Part shown: positions 8,967 through 18,968 of the stretch, piece by piece
Numbering within the stretch: the first letter of the stretch is position 1
Layout of the letters: each line of letters starts with the position of its first letter
Source of the DNA: a virus
IMG/VR virus record: IMGVR_UViG_3300038468_000190
Coordinates: 1-64,000 of that record
Length of the DNA: 64,000 bases
Reading direction: 5' to 3' (one strand)
Notes under the pieces: model-generated
What the model was told of the DNA's origin: nothing
Databases searched by the model: none
What the model saw: the letters and a program-made list of their open reading frames with translations, nothing else
Made by a program: the position numbers and the translations under genes

Positions 8967-9962
8967 CTACGTCATCCGCACCGGCCCCGGCGGCTGCACG
9001 ATCTTGATGCCGTGCATGCCCACGATGAGGATCGCGTCGGGCAGGCGCGTAATAGGATCGGTCGTCGCATCGGGATCGAGCTCGTCGTTGATGCCCTCGT
9101 GCACGTCGTACTGACTCGACAGGAACGGAAAGAGGCCGCCCGCAGCGTAACCCGAGAGGTTTCCCGCGGGGGGGTTACTCACGTGGGTCGGCGTCACCTT
9201 CCACTGAATCGTCTCACCGCGCTCGAAGAAGTCCAAGGCTCCGAGCTGGAAGGCGCTGTTGATGCTCTCCGAGTAGAAGGCGCTCGGAATGCCGCCCTCG
9301 GTGTTGTCGCGCGGGTATCCGGCGCCTTGGTTCAGCATCTGGATGAGGAAGTCGCCTTCCATCGACCGGAAGCCGGACATGTTCGAGGGGGAGGCGACGA
9401 TGGGAGCGCCCGTGCCCGGAGGGGCGATGCCCGCCGTTGGTTGGAAAACGCCCGCGCCGGCGTCGTTCAAGTCCCACGCCGAGTGCATCGGACGAAACCG
9501 ACCGAAGGAGCGACCCTGAAAGACCGCCTGCTCCTGCGTCACGGGATCGACGCGCCGAAACTGAAAGGCCGACTGGAGCGTCGCGTAGCGCGCGACGCCG
9601 ACGAAGGGGCCGTCCTGCGAGACGCTCTTCGTGCCCTGGGCCTGCGAAATCGAATTCGAAGCGATCGGGATCGACACGACGAAGTCGAAGGGGATCCTCC
9701 GACCTGGAATCGATTCGATATAGCGCACGCGCTCGTCGACACCGACCGATCCCGAGCCGTAGCCGCCACCGCGAGCCGACTGGATCTTCTCGAGCGCGTC
9801 GGCGAGCGCTTGCATCTCTCGCTGGTGTCGCTCGTTCTCTTGCTTGACCTGGGCGACGCCGCCCTGCGCGCCCGTAACGGCGCTCTTCATTTCCCTGAGC
9901 TCTCGGGCGAGGTAGCCGACGCCCTGCTGGAGCTCGCCGATGATCCGTCCAAAATCAGCCAT
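8967..9962 (-). CDS. N-terminal coiled coil + beta-rich domain, candidate second jelly-roll capsid protein
   Basis: PFDFVVSIPI, DGPFVGVARY, FFERGETIQWKVTP, ILIVGMHG. Fold is inferred. Confidence 0.5.
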   Translation of the reverse strand: MADFGRIIGELQQGVGYLARELREMKSAVTGAQGGVAQVKQENERHQREMQALADALEKIQSARGGGYGSGSVGVDERVRYIESIPGRRIPFDFVVSIPIASNSISQAQGTKSVSQDGPFVGVARYATLQSAFQFRRVDPVTQEQAVFQGRSFGRFRPMHSAWDLNDAGAGVFQPTAGIAPPGTGAPIVASPSNMSGFRSMEGDFLIQMLNQGAGYPRDNTEGGIPSAFYSESINSAFQLGALDFFERGETIQWKVTPTHVSNPPAGNLSGYAAGGLFPFLSSQYDVHEGINDELDPDATTDPITRLPDAILIVGMHGIKIVQPPGPVRMT

Positions 9963-10071
9963 CTTGAAAGTGCCTCCGTGAGGAGTACCGGACGGCGCGG
10001 GCCTTTCGAGCGCCGCGCCGTCCGTGCCTTACCGGGGAAGAGAGCCCGGGCCCCGGCGACCCGGGGAGCGA

Positions 10072-10875
10072 CTACTGGACGTCGCGAGCGAAAAGTCCAT
10101 CGAACGTGAACTGGATCACCTTGTTCACGCCGTCGGGCGTATTCAAATTCGATTGGAGCGACAGCATGTTCCGGCCGTTGCCGGTGACCGTCGTGCCAGC
10201 GATCTGACCGTTGCCGCCGTCGGGCAGCGGGTTGATCTCCGCCACGCATTTGACGTTCTGCCGGGGAGGCAGAAGGATCGCGCGCGCGAGCCGGAGAATC
10301 GCCGTGTGGTCCGGCGTCCCGTTGTCGAAGTGGATGAGGTCCGACGAGCCGCCGAGGTCGCCCCAGAGGCCGCCGCCGTCCGGGAAGTACTTCGTCGGCA
10401 TGTTCGTGATGGAGAACTTTTCTCCGGTACCATAGCTCCAGTGCAGCTGCTCTTCAGCTTGCCAATAAAGCCTGTATACGTCCTCCGTCGAGCCGGGGTA
10501 GTTGAACGCGCCCGGGCCGGCGATAGCGCCGTTCGGGTCGGCTCCGCCCTGCGAGAAGAACGCCGCCGCTCCCGCCTGGGAGAAGTCGCCGTTGTTCTTG
10601 ATCGCGCCGTTCGCGAAGCCCGTCGCCCGGATCTGCGGATTGCGGAACCACACGAACACGCGAAGCGCGAGCGTCACGTGGCTCTGGTCGGACGGCAGCG
10701 TCGACCCGTTCTGCAGGTTCGTCAGGGCGTTGATGTCGTCCTGGCGCGCGGCATTCGTGAAGAGCGCCGTGCGTTGATTGACCTGCTGGGTGTTGCCGCC
10801 GAGACCGGCGGTGCGGACGAGCGTGTCGTAGAAGGGCTGATGCACACGCTCTCTCACGTTCGTGAGTTTTGCCAT
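10072..10875 (-). CDS. Candidate major capsid protein (single jelly-roll type)
   Basis: QPFYDT, LALRVFVWF, ILLPPRQNVKCVAEI, VIQFTFDG strand pattern; strong AAAGGAAA RBS, long leader, downstream GC hairpin. Confidence 0.55.
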   Translation of the reverse strand: MAKLTNVRERVHQPFYDTLVRTAGLGGNTQQVNQRTALFTNAARQDDINALTNLQNGSTLPSDQSHVTLALRVFVWFRNPQIRATGFANGAIKNNGDFSQAGAAAFFSQGGADPNGAIAGPGAFNYPGSTEDVYRLYWQAEEQLHWSYGTGEKFSITNMPTKYFPDGGGLWGDLGGSSDLIHFDNGTPDHTAILRLARAILLPPRQNVKCVAEINPLPDGGNGQIAGTTVTGNGRNMLSLQSNLNTPDGVNKVIQFTFDGLFARDVQ

Positions 10876-11058
10876 GTTGTTGGTTTCCTTTGGAAACGGG
10901 TTAGTGACCCGGAAGATCCGTTTTTTGCAATTGGGTGTCGTCCCAGTTATTCCGCCGAGTCGGTTCTGACACCGCGGCCCCGGGGCTCGACGCGAGAGGA
11001 GAAGAGGGACCTCTCACGCCGTCCTACCGGGGCGCGGCGGGGCTAGTCGGAGACTTCG
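10876..11058 (-). promoter_or_regulatory. Long structured leader with strong RBS before the candidate MCP
   Basis: Only long intergenic gap inside the capsid cluster; inverted repeats (GTGAGAGG/CCTCTCGC) and CCAAAGGAAACCAACAAC-ATG. Confidence 0.5.
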
Positions 11059-13539
11059 CTAGCCCGAAAGCACTCCGTTTCCGCCGGGGCCCTGGAGGAT
11101 CCCAGCCGGGAGCTCGCTCTCCGTATAGGCCGCGTCGGCACTCGTCGTGCCGGCCCAGAGCGGCCCACTCGGCACCCACTGGCTCTGCGTGCCGACCGTG
11201 TACTCGCTGAAGCCGCCGTCCGACGCCTTCGCTGCGAAGTACTCGCCCATGCCCGCAGCCGCCTGACGGTACCGGCCCATGCCGGCGGCCGCCTGACGGT
11301 AGCCCTGCCCCAAACCCGCCGCGCTCTCGGCGAGCGTGAGCGCGTCGTCGAGGTTCGCGTCGGGGCGGAGGCCGTCGTCGATGGGAAGATTTCCCATGTG
11401 GCTCTGCGACGGTTGCAGGGCGAGCGGGCCAGCCTTCTCGTAGTGCCCGACGCCTTCGACGCCGGGACCCGCGAAGTACTCACCCATACCGCTCTGCGCC
11501 GCGAAGTACTCGCCCATGCCGGCTGCGGCCTGCTGGAACTGTCCGACAGGTGCGTAGTGCGGCATGATCGAGGTCGCGTGACGAGCCACGCCGAGGCCGT
11601 GCATCGGCCGGCGCCGCCGCCCGCGGGTACCGCGTAGCGCGTAGGCCGCGCTATTCTGGTAGCCCTCGAGATAGGACAGGACCTCCGGCTGATTGGCCAC
11701 GGTGAGGATCGTGTGGACCAGGTTCTGGAAGAAGGAGAGCGCGATGCCGGCTCCGATGGAGTTACGGCTGTCCGGCTTCATCGGCACCTTGGACAGGAGC
11801 GCGATGCCCGCGAGACCGAGGAGGCCTCCCGCGATCGGCTTCTGCCAGGTTCCGATGATCGAGGGCTTTCCGTCCGCGGTCATCGTCGCCATGCCGGCGA
11901 CGGTGATCTGGCCACTGGTTGCGTCGGTCTTCGTCAGCATCCGGAGCGCGAACCCCGTCAATGCCTTGTGACCGAAGAAACCCGTGAGCGCGAAAAACCC
12001 CGTCTTCGCGAGCGTCTGGAGGTCGCTCATGAAGGCGTTGCGCCGGTAGCTCCGGCGGCGGCGGTTATCGCGCATCCGGCGGCGTCCGTGACGGCGGCGG
12101 CGCCGATTTTCGGCGTACCGGCGGCGGCTCCGACGGCGGCGTCGGCGCGGATTCTCCTCGTAGTGGCGGCGGCGGTTTTTCGCGAGGTAGAGGCCTCGCC
12201 GCAAACGACGGACCTTCCTCCGACCGATCCTCCGCGGATGACGGGCAGTCGAGCGACGACGACGCTTGTGCGACCGGCGACGCGAATGCGACCGGCGCTT
12301 TCGCGCATGCGCCTTACGCCGACGGCTCGAGCGACGACGACGAGCAGGCGACGCCTTTCTCTTGCGACGCCGGCGCGCGACGCGCGCGTGCGAGCGGCGC
12401 CGTCCATGACGACGCACCCTACGAACCTTCCGGCGTCCCGCACGGCGGGAACGCTTGTGCCCTTTTCGCTTCCTTCGTCTTGCCACTTTTCTTGCTCCCG
12501 CGTTCGGGGTGAACGCATCACCGCTCCGCTCGACGCGAGCGGCAGCACGTTTACGACGCTGTGCGATCCGTTCCCGAGCGCGCCCGTAACGAGAGGACGT
12601 CTTGTAGTCCTTCGCACTGACGGCGCCGGCAATGGCCCACTGCGGAATCCTGCGGCGTTTGCCGCGCTTGGCCTTGTACGCGTACGTGTAGCGACGCCGG
12701 CCCGAGCGCGGATCGGTTGCCCGGATCCTCCGGTACGGCCCGTACGCCACGCGCACGCGATGAGTCTTGCCGCGACGAGCGCGCACCTTTCGGTACTGCT
12801 TCGGAAAGCTCGCTCGGCGCTTTCGCCTGCGGATCGCGGCCCGGCGCTCGGGCGTCATCTTCGCCCGGCGTGCCGCGGCGCGTGCCCGGCGCTTCTGTGC
12901 TGCGGCGGCGCGGCGGGCCCGGCGAGCGGCGCTCGCCTGTTTCCGCTTTTCGGCCATGCTCGATCGGCGAGCCTTTCGCTTAGCGGCCGCCGCGGCGCGC
13001 TTGGCCTTTCGCTTCTGAGCCGCCTCGCGGCGCCGCTGAGCCTTCTTGCCGTAGATGCGCTCGTGCCCCGAGCGGTACGACGGGCTCGCTACTTGAGCCG
13101 GGCCTTCGTTTCGGCGCATCCGGCGGCGGCTCTTCGGAAACTTCCGAGAGGCGCTTCGCATCGCCGCTGCCTTCGAGAGGCCGCGACGGCGCGCTGCCTG
13201 AAACGCCGCGAGGCGTTTGCCCGCCCGGCGGCGGGCGGCGTTCGAGGTCATGCGACCACTGTTCTTGTTCATGCGGCGCACGAACTTCGCCCGGTGCACT
13301 TTGTGTCCCATGCTTCGGTTCTCCATGAGCCGGCGAGCGCGTCGGAGTCTCTCTGCACGGGATTTCCCCGCGCTCCGCGCGCGTGCCGAATACGCCCCAC
13401 GGCCGTTGACCGCCGAGAGCGTCGTCACGCCCATCGGGTTAGGCCGATAGCCGCGCGGACGCTTTGCCACGCGATATGAGCCGACGTCCGCTTCCCGTAT
13501 TGGAAACGCTCGACCGTATGCTCTGTGCCTTCCTGCCAC
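11059..13539 (-). CDS. Arg/Lys-rich protamine-like core protein with hydrophobic segments and GMGEYF-repeat C-terminus
   Basis: About 500 aa of poly-Arg tracts, three hydrophobic stretches, then AAAGMGEYF repeats; directly upstream of the MCP candidate. Start uncertain. Confidence 0.75.
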   Translation of the reverse strand: MAGRHRAYGRAFPIREADVGSYRVAKRPRGYRPNPMGVTTLSAVNGRGAYSARARSAGKSRAERLRRARRLMENRSMGHKVHRAKFVRRMNKNSGRMTSNAARRRAGKRLAAFQAARRRGLSKAAAMRSASRKFPKSRRRMRRNEGPAQVASPSYRSGHERIYGKKAQRRREAAQKRKAKRAAAAAKRKARRSSMAEKRKQASAARRARRAAAAQKRRARAAARRAKMTPERRAAIRRRKRRASFPKQYRKVRARRGKTHRVRVAYGPYRRIRATDPRSGRRRYTYAYKAKRGKRRRIPQWAIAGAVSAKDYKTSSRYGRARERIAQRRKRAAARVERSGDAFTPNAGARKVARRRKRKGHKRSRRAGRRKVRRVRRHGRRRSHARVARRRRKRKASPARRRRSSRRRKAHARKRRSHSRRRSHKRRRRSTARHPRRIGRRKVRRLRRGLYLAKNRRRHYEENPRRRRRRSRRRYAENRRRRRHGRRRMRDNRRRRSYRRNAFMSDLQTLAKTGFFALTGFFGHKALTGFALRMLTKTDATSGQITVAGMATMTADGKPSIIGTWQKPIAGGLLGLAGIALLSKVPMKPDSRNSIGAGIALSFFQNLVHTILTVANQPEVLSYLEGYQNSAAYALRGTRGRRRRPMHGLGVARHATSIMPHYAPVGQFQQAAAGMGEYFAAQSGMGEYFAGPGVEGVGHYEKAGPLALQPSQSHMGNLPIDDGLRPDANLDDALTLAESAAGLGQGYRQAAAGMGRYRQAAAGMGEYFAAKASDGGFSEYTVGTQSQWVPSGPLWAGTTSADAAYTESELPAGILQGPGGNGVLSG

Positions 13540-13650
13540 GTCCTACTCGCAAACCACTACGGGCTGCGAGGCGTCGGGAAGGCGCCCGCTAACTAAAGAG
13601 GAGCCTACCCGGGGCGGAGGGCCACGTCAACAAGGCCGCTCCTCGCCGGA

Positions 13651-14013
13651 CTAGCGGCGGTGACGAGACAGCGCAAATCCAGCCAAAAACGCGACCGCGC
13701 CGATGGCGGCGAGCCGGACGCCGAGCCCCGGTTTGGGCTCGAGAGCCGCGCGGGCCTTCTTCCTAAAGCACTCGACCGGATCCCACGAGGGTTTCGCCCG
13801 CGGATCGCAATCGTCGACCCATCGCTCGATGTCGCGCGACGTGTAGCCCGCCTGCTCGTACGGCGTCGCGAGCGCAAAGAGCGCTTGTCCCTTCGGTACT
13901 TTCTTCGGATCGACATGTGCTTCTTGAAGGAGCACCGCCACGTAGGCGAGCTTGCGCGCGGCGCGGCCGGCGTTCCAGGCTGTCTCTTTGATGACGGGAG
14001 GTCCGGCCATCAT
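13651..14013 (-). CDS. Tail-anchored membrane protein
   Basis: C-terminal TM + RHRR. Confidence 0.7.
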   Translation of the reverse strand: MMAGPPVIKETAWNAGRAARKLAYVAVLLQEAHVDPKKVPKGQALFALATPYEQAGYTSRDIERWVDDCDPRAKPSWDPVECFRKKARAALEPKPGLGVRLAAIGAVAFLAGFALSRHRR

Positions 14014-15071
14014 CGCCTCCAGAACACGAATAGCCCGAGCGCCGCGACGGCGCCGAGAGCGGCGAACATCTTGGCGCGGTTATCACGAAGCGCGAGCTTC
14101 GCTTCTCCGAGCGCAATGTTCATTTGCTCGCGAAAACAATTCGGATCGAGATTGCACCCATCGAACCAATCGAGGACCTCCGACGAGCTAATCCCGATCG
14201 AGCCGAGCGCGTTCATGATCGAGAGGTCCGTGGACTTGTCGGAAAGGCCGAGCGCCATCGTGAGCGCCCGCCGTGCGCCGCCGAGCGCTTCGAGGTATGC
14301 CGCGATCTCCGTGAACTCCTGCTTCTTTTGCTGATCGGCGGCGCCCTCGCCGCTCTGGATCATCTTTCTCCGGATCTCTTTTTCGACTTCAGCCTTCGTC
14401 GGCGGCGGCGACGGCGTCCCGCCCGGCACTTGCACCGAGGCGCGCGGATCGCCCGGAGCCGGCGGCGACGCCGAAAACACCGTGCGCGCGTAGGCAGGAC
14501 CCGGACCAATCGACGCCTTGCAGATCGGAGAGGCGAGACACGCCTGGACGTGTCCGTCCGGCCCCGTCGGCAGCACGAACGACTTCTGACACCATCCGGT
14601 CTTCGAGACGTTCTCGGGCACCGCAAGATCGGTGAGCGACGCCCACTGGCGAAAGGAGTCTTCGAATTGCATCTCGCACGCCGACGGATCACCGCCGTGG
14701 CGCATCGCGAGCACGATCTCGTCGACGACGCGCACGGCCGCCTGCCGGAGCGACATCCTGGACGGGTTCGGGCGCGTGCGTTCTCGGTCGACGATCGTCG
14801 CAACCACGGCGGCGGCGAGGATCCGAGCCGTTTGCTCCCGCGGCCCGAATACCGCCGCAATGTCCGGGGCGGCCGGAGTCCCGGCGATCTCCTGACCGCA
14901 GAGCTCGATCTCGGAGGCAGCGCCCGACAGGAGCCCGGTCACGACATCCTGAGCGACCTTCTCGAGCGCCGCGTAGCCGCCGCTTTTCGGCGCAAGGTAG
15001 TCGAGACCGCCGGGATCGATCTCGCAGCTCAAGCCCTCGAACATGCTGCCGCCTAGACCCGAGTAGCTCAC
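14010..15071 (-). CDS. Tail-anchored putative virion protein
   Basis: Starts MSYSGLGG; TM + WRR. Confidence 0.75.
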   Translation of the reverse strand: MSYSGLGGSMFEGLSCEIDPGGLDYLAPKSGGYAALEKVAQDVVTGLLSGAASEIELCGQEIAGTPAAPDIAAVFGPREQTARILAAAVVATIVDRERTRPNPSRMSLRQAAVRVVDEIVLAMRHGGDPSACEMQFEDSFRQWASLTDLAVPENVSKTGWCQKSFVLPTGPDGHVQACLASPICKASIGPGPAYARTVFSASPPAPGDPRASVQVPGGTPSPPPTKAEVEKEIRRKMIQSGEGAADQQKKQEFTEIAAYLEALGGARRALTMALGLSDKSTDLSIMNALGSIGISSSEVLDWFDGCNLDPNCFREQMNIALGEAKLALRDNRAKMFAALGAVAALGLFVFWRR

Positions 15072-15229
15072 CGGCTCCCCCTCCAGACGAGATACGCCGC
15101 GCCGAAGAAGAGCGTCGCTCCGAGGACGCCGATGACGGTCGGCTTCACCTCCGCCCGCTCGATCTTCTCGAGCTCGGCCACGATGGCCTCGATCGCCGAT
15201 TTCTGTGAGCTCTGTCCGGGCGCGGCCAT
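15068..15229 (-). CDS. Small tail-anchored protein
   Basis: MAAPGQ..., TM + RGSR. Confidence 0.6.
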   Translation of the reverse strand: MAAPGQSSQKSAIEAIVAELEKIERAEVKPTVIGVLGATLFFGAAYLVWRGSR

Positions 15230-15233
15230 GGGC

Positions 15234-17159
15234 TTAGCGCATTCTACCAAGGGTCACGCCCAAAAGCGCTGCGCCTCCGGCCGTGAGAAGCCCGTAGTTC
15301 AAGAGGTCGGCTTTTCTCCGGCCGCGCTTTTTCGCCTCGAGCGCTGCGTGGCGGAGCCCCGCCGCACGAGCCGCCACGGCCCGAGCCGCCGCGCGCTTTT
15401 GTGCCGCGCTCGCGACCTCCCACTTCACCTCTGCCGCCTGCTCCATGTGGTATCTGATGCCGTACTCGGTCACGGCGGCGCTCACCGTGCGCGTGATGTC
15501 GCGTTCGACGAGCGCGACAGCCGCCGCCGCCTGCTCGAGCGACTTGAACATGTACGCCGCCCACGCCGGAGCCGGGCACGGGCCTACGGCCGTCCCGAAG
15601 TTCACGGTGCCCACATGCCCGACGAGCGTCGTCAGATACTCGTAGTCCGAGTGCACGATCTCTTCCCAGCGCTGGACGTTCCAGCTCTTGAGCTCCGTCG
15701 GCTTGTAGGTCGACGGCTCGACCCATTGATCGGGCCTGCCGCGCATCGCGAAGAAGACCTGGTTCGGCGAGACGTAGCGACGAGCTCCCCAGAAGGCGAG
15801 CGCGCTCGGCGCGTCGCATCCGGGAGGCCTCTTCGAAATAGCGGGCACGCGTTTCAGCGCTTCCGGGCTGAGCGCGAACGCATCTCGCGTAACGATCTGA
15901 TCGGAAGAGACGGTTAGGTAGGGGCAGCCCAAGGGCTCGGCGCACGAGCGGCTCATCTGATACGGGTACGTGCGGTACTTCGGGGCTTTCCCCTTTTTTA
16001 CTTCGGACGGGTTCGAGATGATGGGACTGCCAGCGCCGTCTCGGATGACGTCGAGCGTCGTCTCTCCGAAGATTCGAATGCCCTGGTCTCTGGTGCACAC
16101 GCCCCGCGGCGTCAGCCAGTCCTGATTCTGGCGAATGGAAGCGCTAAGCGTATCGTTGATCGATTGCCAGTAGTGCTGGTACTCGAGCCAGAGAGCGACC
16201 GAGAGGGCCTCACACTGTTGACTTGCCGTAGCCGCCGCCGCCGCCGCCGTGTCCTGCGCCGCTTTGAGCTTGTCCGAGTCGGTCGGTCCCCAGCCGAATG
16301 CCTCCACGACGCCCGCGACGAGAAGCTGTGAGAGGAGTGCGCCGATCGGAGCCGGGAGCCCGAACGCCTGCCCGATCACTGCACCGACGAAGCCGGCGGC
16401 GCCGATGACGATGCCCTTACCCTCTTCGCTCGTCACACGCCCGTCGGCGAGCGCATCGAACGTCGTCTCGAAGAGATCGAAGGGGATGCCAGGAGCAAAC
16501 TGCGCGACTCCCGCTCGCGCGCAAGCGGAGATGAAGCTACTGACGTCGCTAGCGTCCACGATCGGGACCCCGAACGACGATAGAAACGACGTCCCGAGAT
16601 GCACCGCCCAGAAGACGGCCTGCTCGGGCGTGTCGGGAAAGCCCGTGACGAGCTCGCTAGCCGCAATGAACTCCGGCGGGAGCCCGATCTCGGCCGTGTT
16701 CGCGATGACGAATGCCCGCGCCATCCGGACGCCGCTCGCGCCGTCGACCGGGAAACCGTTCGTGGCGGCGTAGCGCTTCACCCACTCTTCGATCGCCCCT
16801 TCGGTCATCGGCGAAAAGAGCGACGGGACGACCTTCGTCGCTCCCGAGAGCTTGTCCTCGAACACCTTGGCGCCGCGACTGATACCGTCCTGCATCTCCT
16901 TGGACGCGAAGACCGACGCTTGCTGCTTCGCCCAGGGACCGATCTCCGAAGAAACCGTCGGCACCCAGGGCGGCGCGCCAGACGTCTGCTGGTATCGAGC
17001 CCGCGCGCTCGCTGCCTCACCTACCGGAATGAACCCCCGCGCGTGATCGTCGAGACTACCGGAGGTGCCGGCGTCCGGAGGCAGCGGCAGGCGGGACGGT
17101 AGAGCGCCTAGCGCCCGACCGGGCAGCCACAGGCCCGACGCCGTACGAGAATACGTCAC
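15234..17159 (-). CDS. Large membrane-associated virion protein (internal hydrophobic hairpin + C-terminal TM)
   Basis: 641 aa; GIVIGAAGFVGAVIGQAFGLPAPIGALL hairpin. Confidence 0.75.
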   Translation of the reverse strand: MTYSRTASGLWLPGRALGALPSRLPLPPDAGTSGSLDDHARGFIPVGEAASARARYQQTSGAPPWVPTVSSEIGPWAKQQASVFASKEMQDGISRGAKVFEDKLSGATKVVPSLFSPMTEGAIEEWVKRYAATNGFPVDGASGVRMARAFVIANTAEIGLPPEFIAASELVTGFPDTPEQAVFWAVHLGTSFLSSFGVPIVDASDVSSFISACARAGVAQFAPGIPFDLFETTFDALADGRVTSEEGKGIVIGAAGFVGAVIGQAFGLPAPIGALLSQLLVAGVVEAFGWGPTDSDKLKAAQDTAAAAAATASQQCEALSVALWLEYQHYWQSINDTLSASIRQNQDWLTPRGVCTRDQGIRIFGETTLDVIRDGAGSPIISNPSEVKKGKAPKYRTYPYQMSRSCAEPLGCPYLTVSSDQIVTRDAFALSPEALKRVPAISKRPPGCDAPSALAFWGARRYVSPNQVFFAMRGRPDQWVEPSTYKPTELKSWNVQRWEEIVHSDYEYLTTLVGHVGTVNFGTAVGPCPAPAWAAYMFKSLEQAAAAVALVERDITRTVSAAVTEYGIRYHMEQAAEVKWEVASAAQKRAAARAVAARAAGLRHAALEAKKRGRRKADLLNYGLLTAGGAALLGVTLGRMR

Positions 17160-17734
17160 CCTGCAATGCCGTCCTTTTCGATGGAGAGCTTACCACCGGT
17201 GAGGATCATCGAGACGCCGTCCTCCTTCGTGAACACGAAGAGAAACGTCTCCTTGGTCGCCGGGTGCTTGGCGGCGCCGAGAATGCCGCGGGCGACGTGG
17301 ACCTCGACGAGGTTTTCGTTGCCCTCCGGGACGTAAAGCTCGCCCCGCTCGTCCTTTCCGTAGAGGCGGATCTGGACGCCGAGCAGCTTTCCGAGCTGGG
17401 CGAAGTGCTTCGGCATCGGCTCGTCGAAGGCGCACATCGGTCCGTGCGCCCGGAGCGGCTTGAACGGCCTCCTGTCCTCGACGAGAAAGCCCGGCCGGAC
17501 GTAGACCGTGCGGCTTCCCTCGGCGACGTGCTTGTAGTCGTCGAACTCGTCGCGCCTCTTCATCCACTTGTTGGACGTGTACATCTCGGCGCGGCCGACC
17601 CCGACCTCTTGCATCTTCTCCGGCCACCCGAACTCGAACGGGATCTCCCGCTCGCTCGGCCGGTCATAGAACGTCCTGAAGGTATTGTTGGCGACGTCCT
17701 TGGTCTCTACGACTCGGAGAGCCATTGGGGTCAC
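17156..17734 (-). CDS. Hypothetical soluble beta-rich protein
   Basis: 192 aa, coupled to both neighbours. Confidence 0.7.
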   Translation of the reverse strand: MTPMALRVVETKDVANNTFRTFYDRPSEREIPFEFGWPEKMQEVGVGRAEMYTSNKWMKRRDEFDDYKHVAEGSRTVYVRPGFLVEDRRPFKPLRAHGPMCAFDEPMPKHFAQLGKLLGVQIRLYGKDERGELYVPEGNENLVEVHVARGILGAAKHPATKETFLFVFTKEDGVSMILTGGKLSIEKDGIAG

Positions 17735-18081
17735 CGCTTTCTGATCCAGAATACGATCGCCACGACGCCGACGCCGGCCGCGGCAAAGAGCCAGGGGCTG
17801 ACGCCCTCGGGAAGGGTGAGCGCGCCGAGACTTCTCGTCCGACGGACGATGCGATTTGCATCGACGGGCGCCATGAGCCCGAGTGCTTCATCGCCCGAGC
17901 CGACCTTCCTCGCGCCCGCAGGGATGGGCCGGCCCGCCTCAATCGACGGCACGCCGATCTTCGTCGCCGACTCGAGCTCCGGCGCGGGGAGGTCGTCGTT
18001 GATGTTCTGCGTGAGGTCGACGGCGAAGTAGTCGTAGCCGCCTTCGTCCGGACGCCATCGCGAGTAAATCATCTCGCTCAT
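17731..18081 (-). CDS. Tail-anchored membrane protein
   Basis: SLGA then TM + RKR. Confidence 0.75.
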   Translation of the reverse strand: MSEMIYSRWRPDEGGYDYFAVDLTQNINDDLPAPELESATKIGVPSIEAGRPIPAGARKVGSGDEALGLMAPVDANRIVRRTRSLGALTLPEGVSPWLFAAAGVGVVAIVFWIRKR

Positions 18082-18968
18082 GCGGTGGCCGTTCGGGACT
18101 TCTGAAACTGCCGGAAGATCATCGGGGCCATGTAGAAGGCCGCTCCGATGGCGAGGACGACGAAGATGGGGCTCAGCGCGCTCGAGAACACGCCCATGAG
18201 ATCGAGGTTACCGTTTTTGACGATGCTCGCCGCGGCATTGACGCACGCCATGGCGTCCTCTTTCGATCCCTCCTTGGCGACCTTGTCGCACCACTCGAGC
18301 GCCTTCTGCTGCGCAGGCGACGCGAGCTTGATGACGTAGAAGATGTAGGCGAAGCCGATGACGACCACAACCCCGAGCACGGCAATCGCGACGATCATCG
18401 TCGTCGTCGGCTCGAAGCCCATGCCCGCCACGGGCGTGGGCTTTTTCATGTCTTCGAGGTGACCGTTCTTGTCGAGGTCCACGAAGGTCTGAAAGACCTT
18501 GGTGACGCTCGTCGCATGCTGGACGACGTCTTCGGGCGTCAGCTTTCCCGCGCGCATCGCCGCTTCCATCACACCGTCGAAGTGAAGGTAGGCGCCGTTC
18601 GCGGCAGCGGCGGCGACGGTCGCGAAGGCGTCGGTGGTGGTCGTCCGCGGCAGCGCCACGAACGCGTCCCAGTCGCCGTTCTTGACGGCCTGCCAGATGT
18701 CGGAGGCCATCTGATCGATGATGGCCATGAGCCTGGTCGTCGAAGCGCGGCCTTCGTCGGCCCGGAGCGTCCGGTACTTCTCTCGAAAGTCGGGCGAGAG
18801 CTTGCCGACGACGTCGAAGAACGCAAACGACGCCTTCAGCATGTAGTCCATGTACGCCGGGTCGTAGCCGTTTTCGGTGATCCCGTGACCGTCGGCGACG
18901 AGGCCCGACCACGGGATCCCCGGAGGGCCCATGAGCTCGTCGTAGAGCCCCGCGAGATCGCCGAGCAC
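18078..18968 (-). CDS. Membrane protein with two C-terminal TM helices
   Basis: TAGTG-coupled start; AGMGF followed by TM-loop-TM. Confidence 0.7.
   Translation of the reverse strand: MLGDLAGLYDELMGPPGIPWSGLVADGHGITENGYDPAYMDYMLKASFAFFDVVGKLSPDFREKYRTLRADEGRASTTRLMAIIDQMASDIWQAVKNGDWDAFVALPRTTTTDAFATVAAAAANGAYLHFDGVMEAAMRAGKLTPEDVVQHATSVTKVFQTFVDLDKNGHLEDMKKPTPVAGMGFEPTTTMIVAIAVLGVVVVIGFAYIFYVIKLASPAQQKALEWCDKVAKEGSKEDAMACVNAAASIVKNGNLDLMGVFSSALSPIFVVLAIGAAFYMAPMIFRQFQKSRTATA

Noticed and set aside
11713-13479. 588-aa plus-strand ORF and many other long opposite-strand ORFs
   Set aside because: High-GC shadow ORFs; real genes tile one strand with stop/start overlaps.
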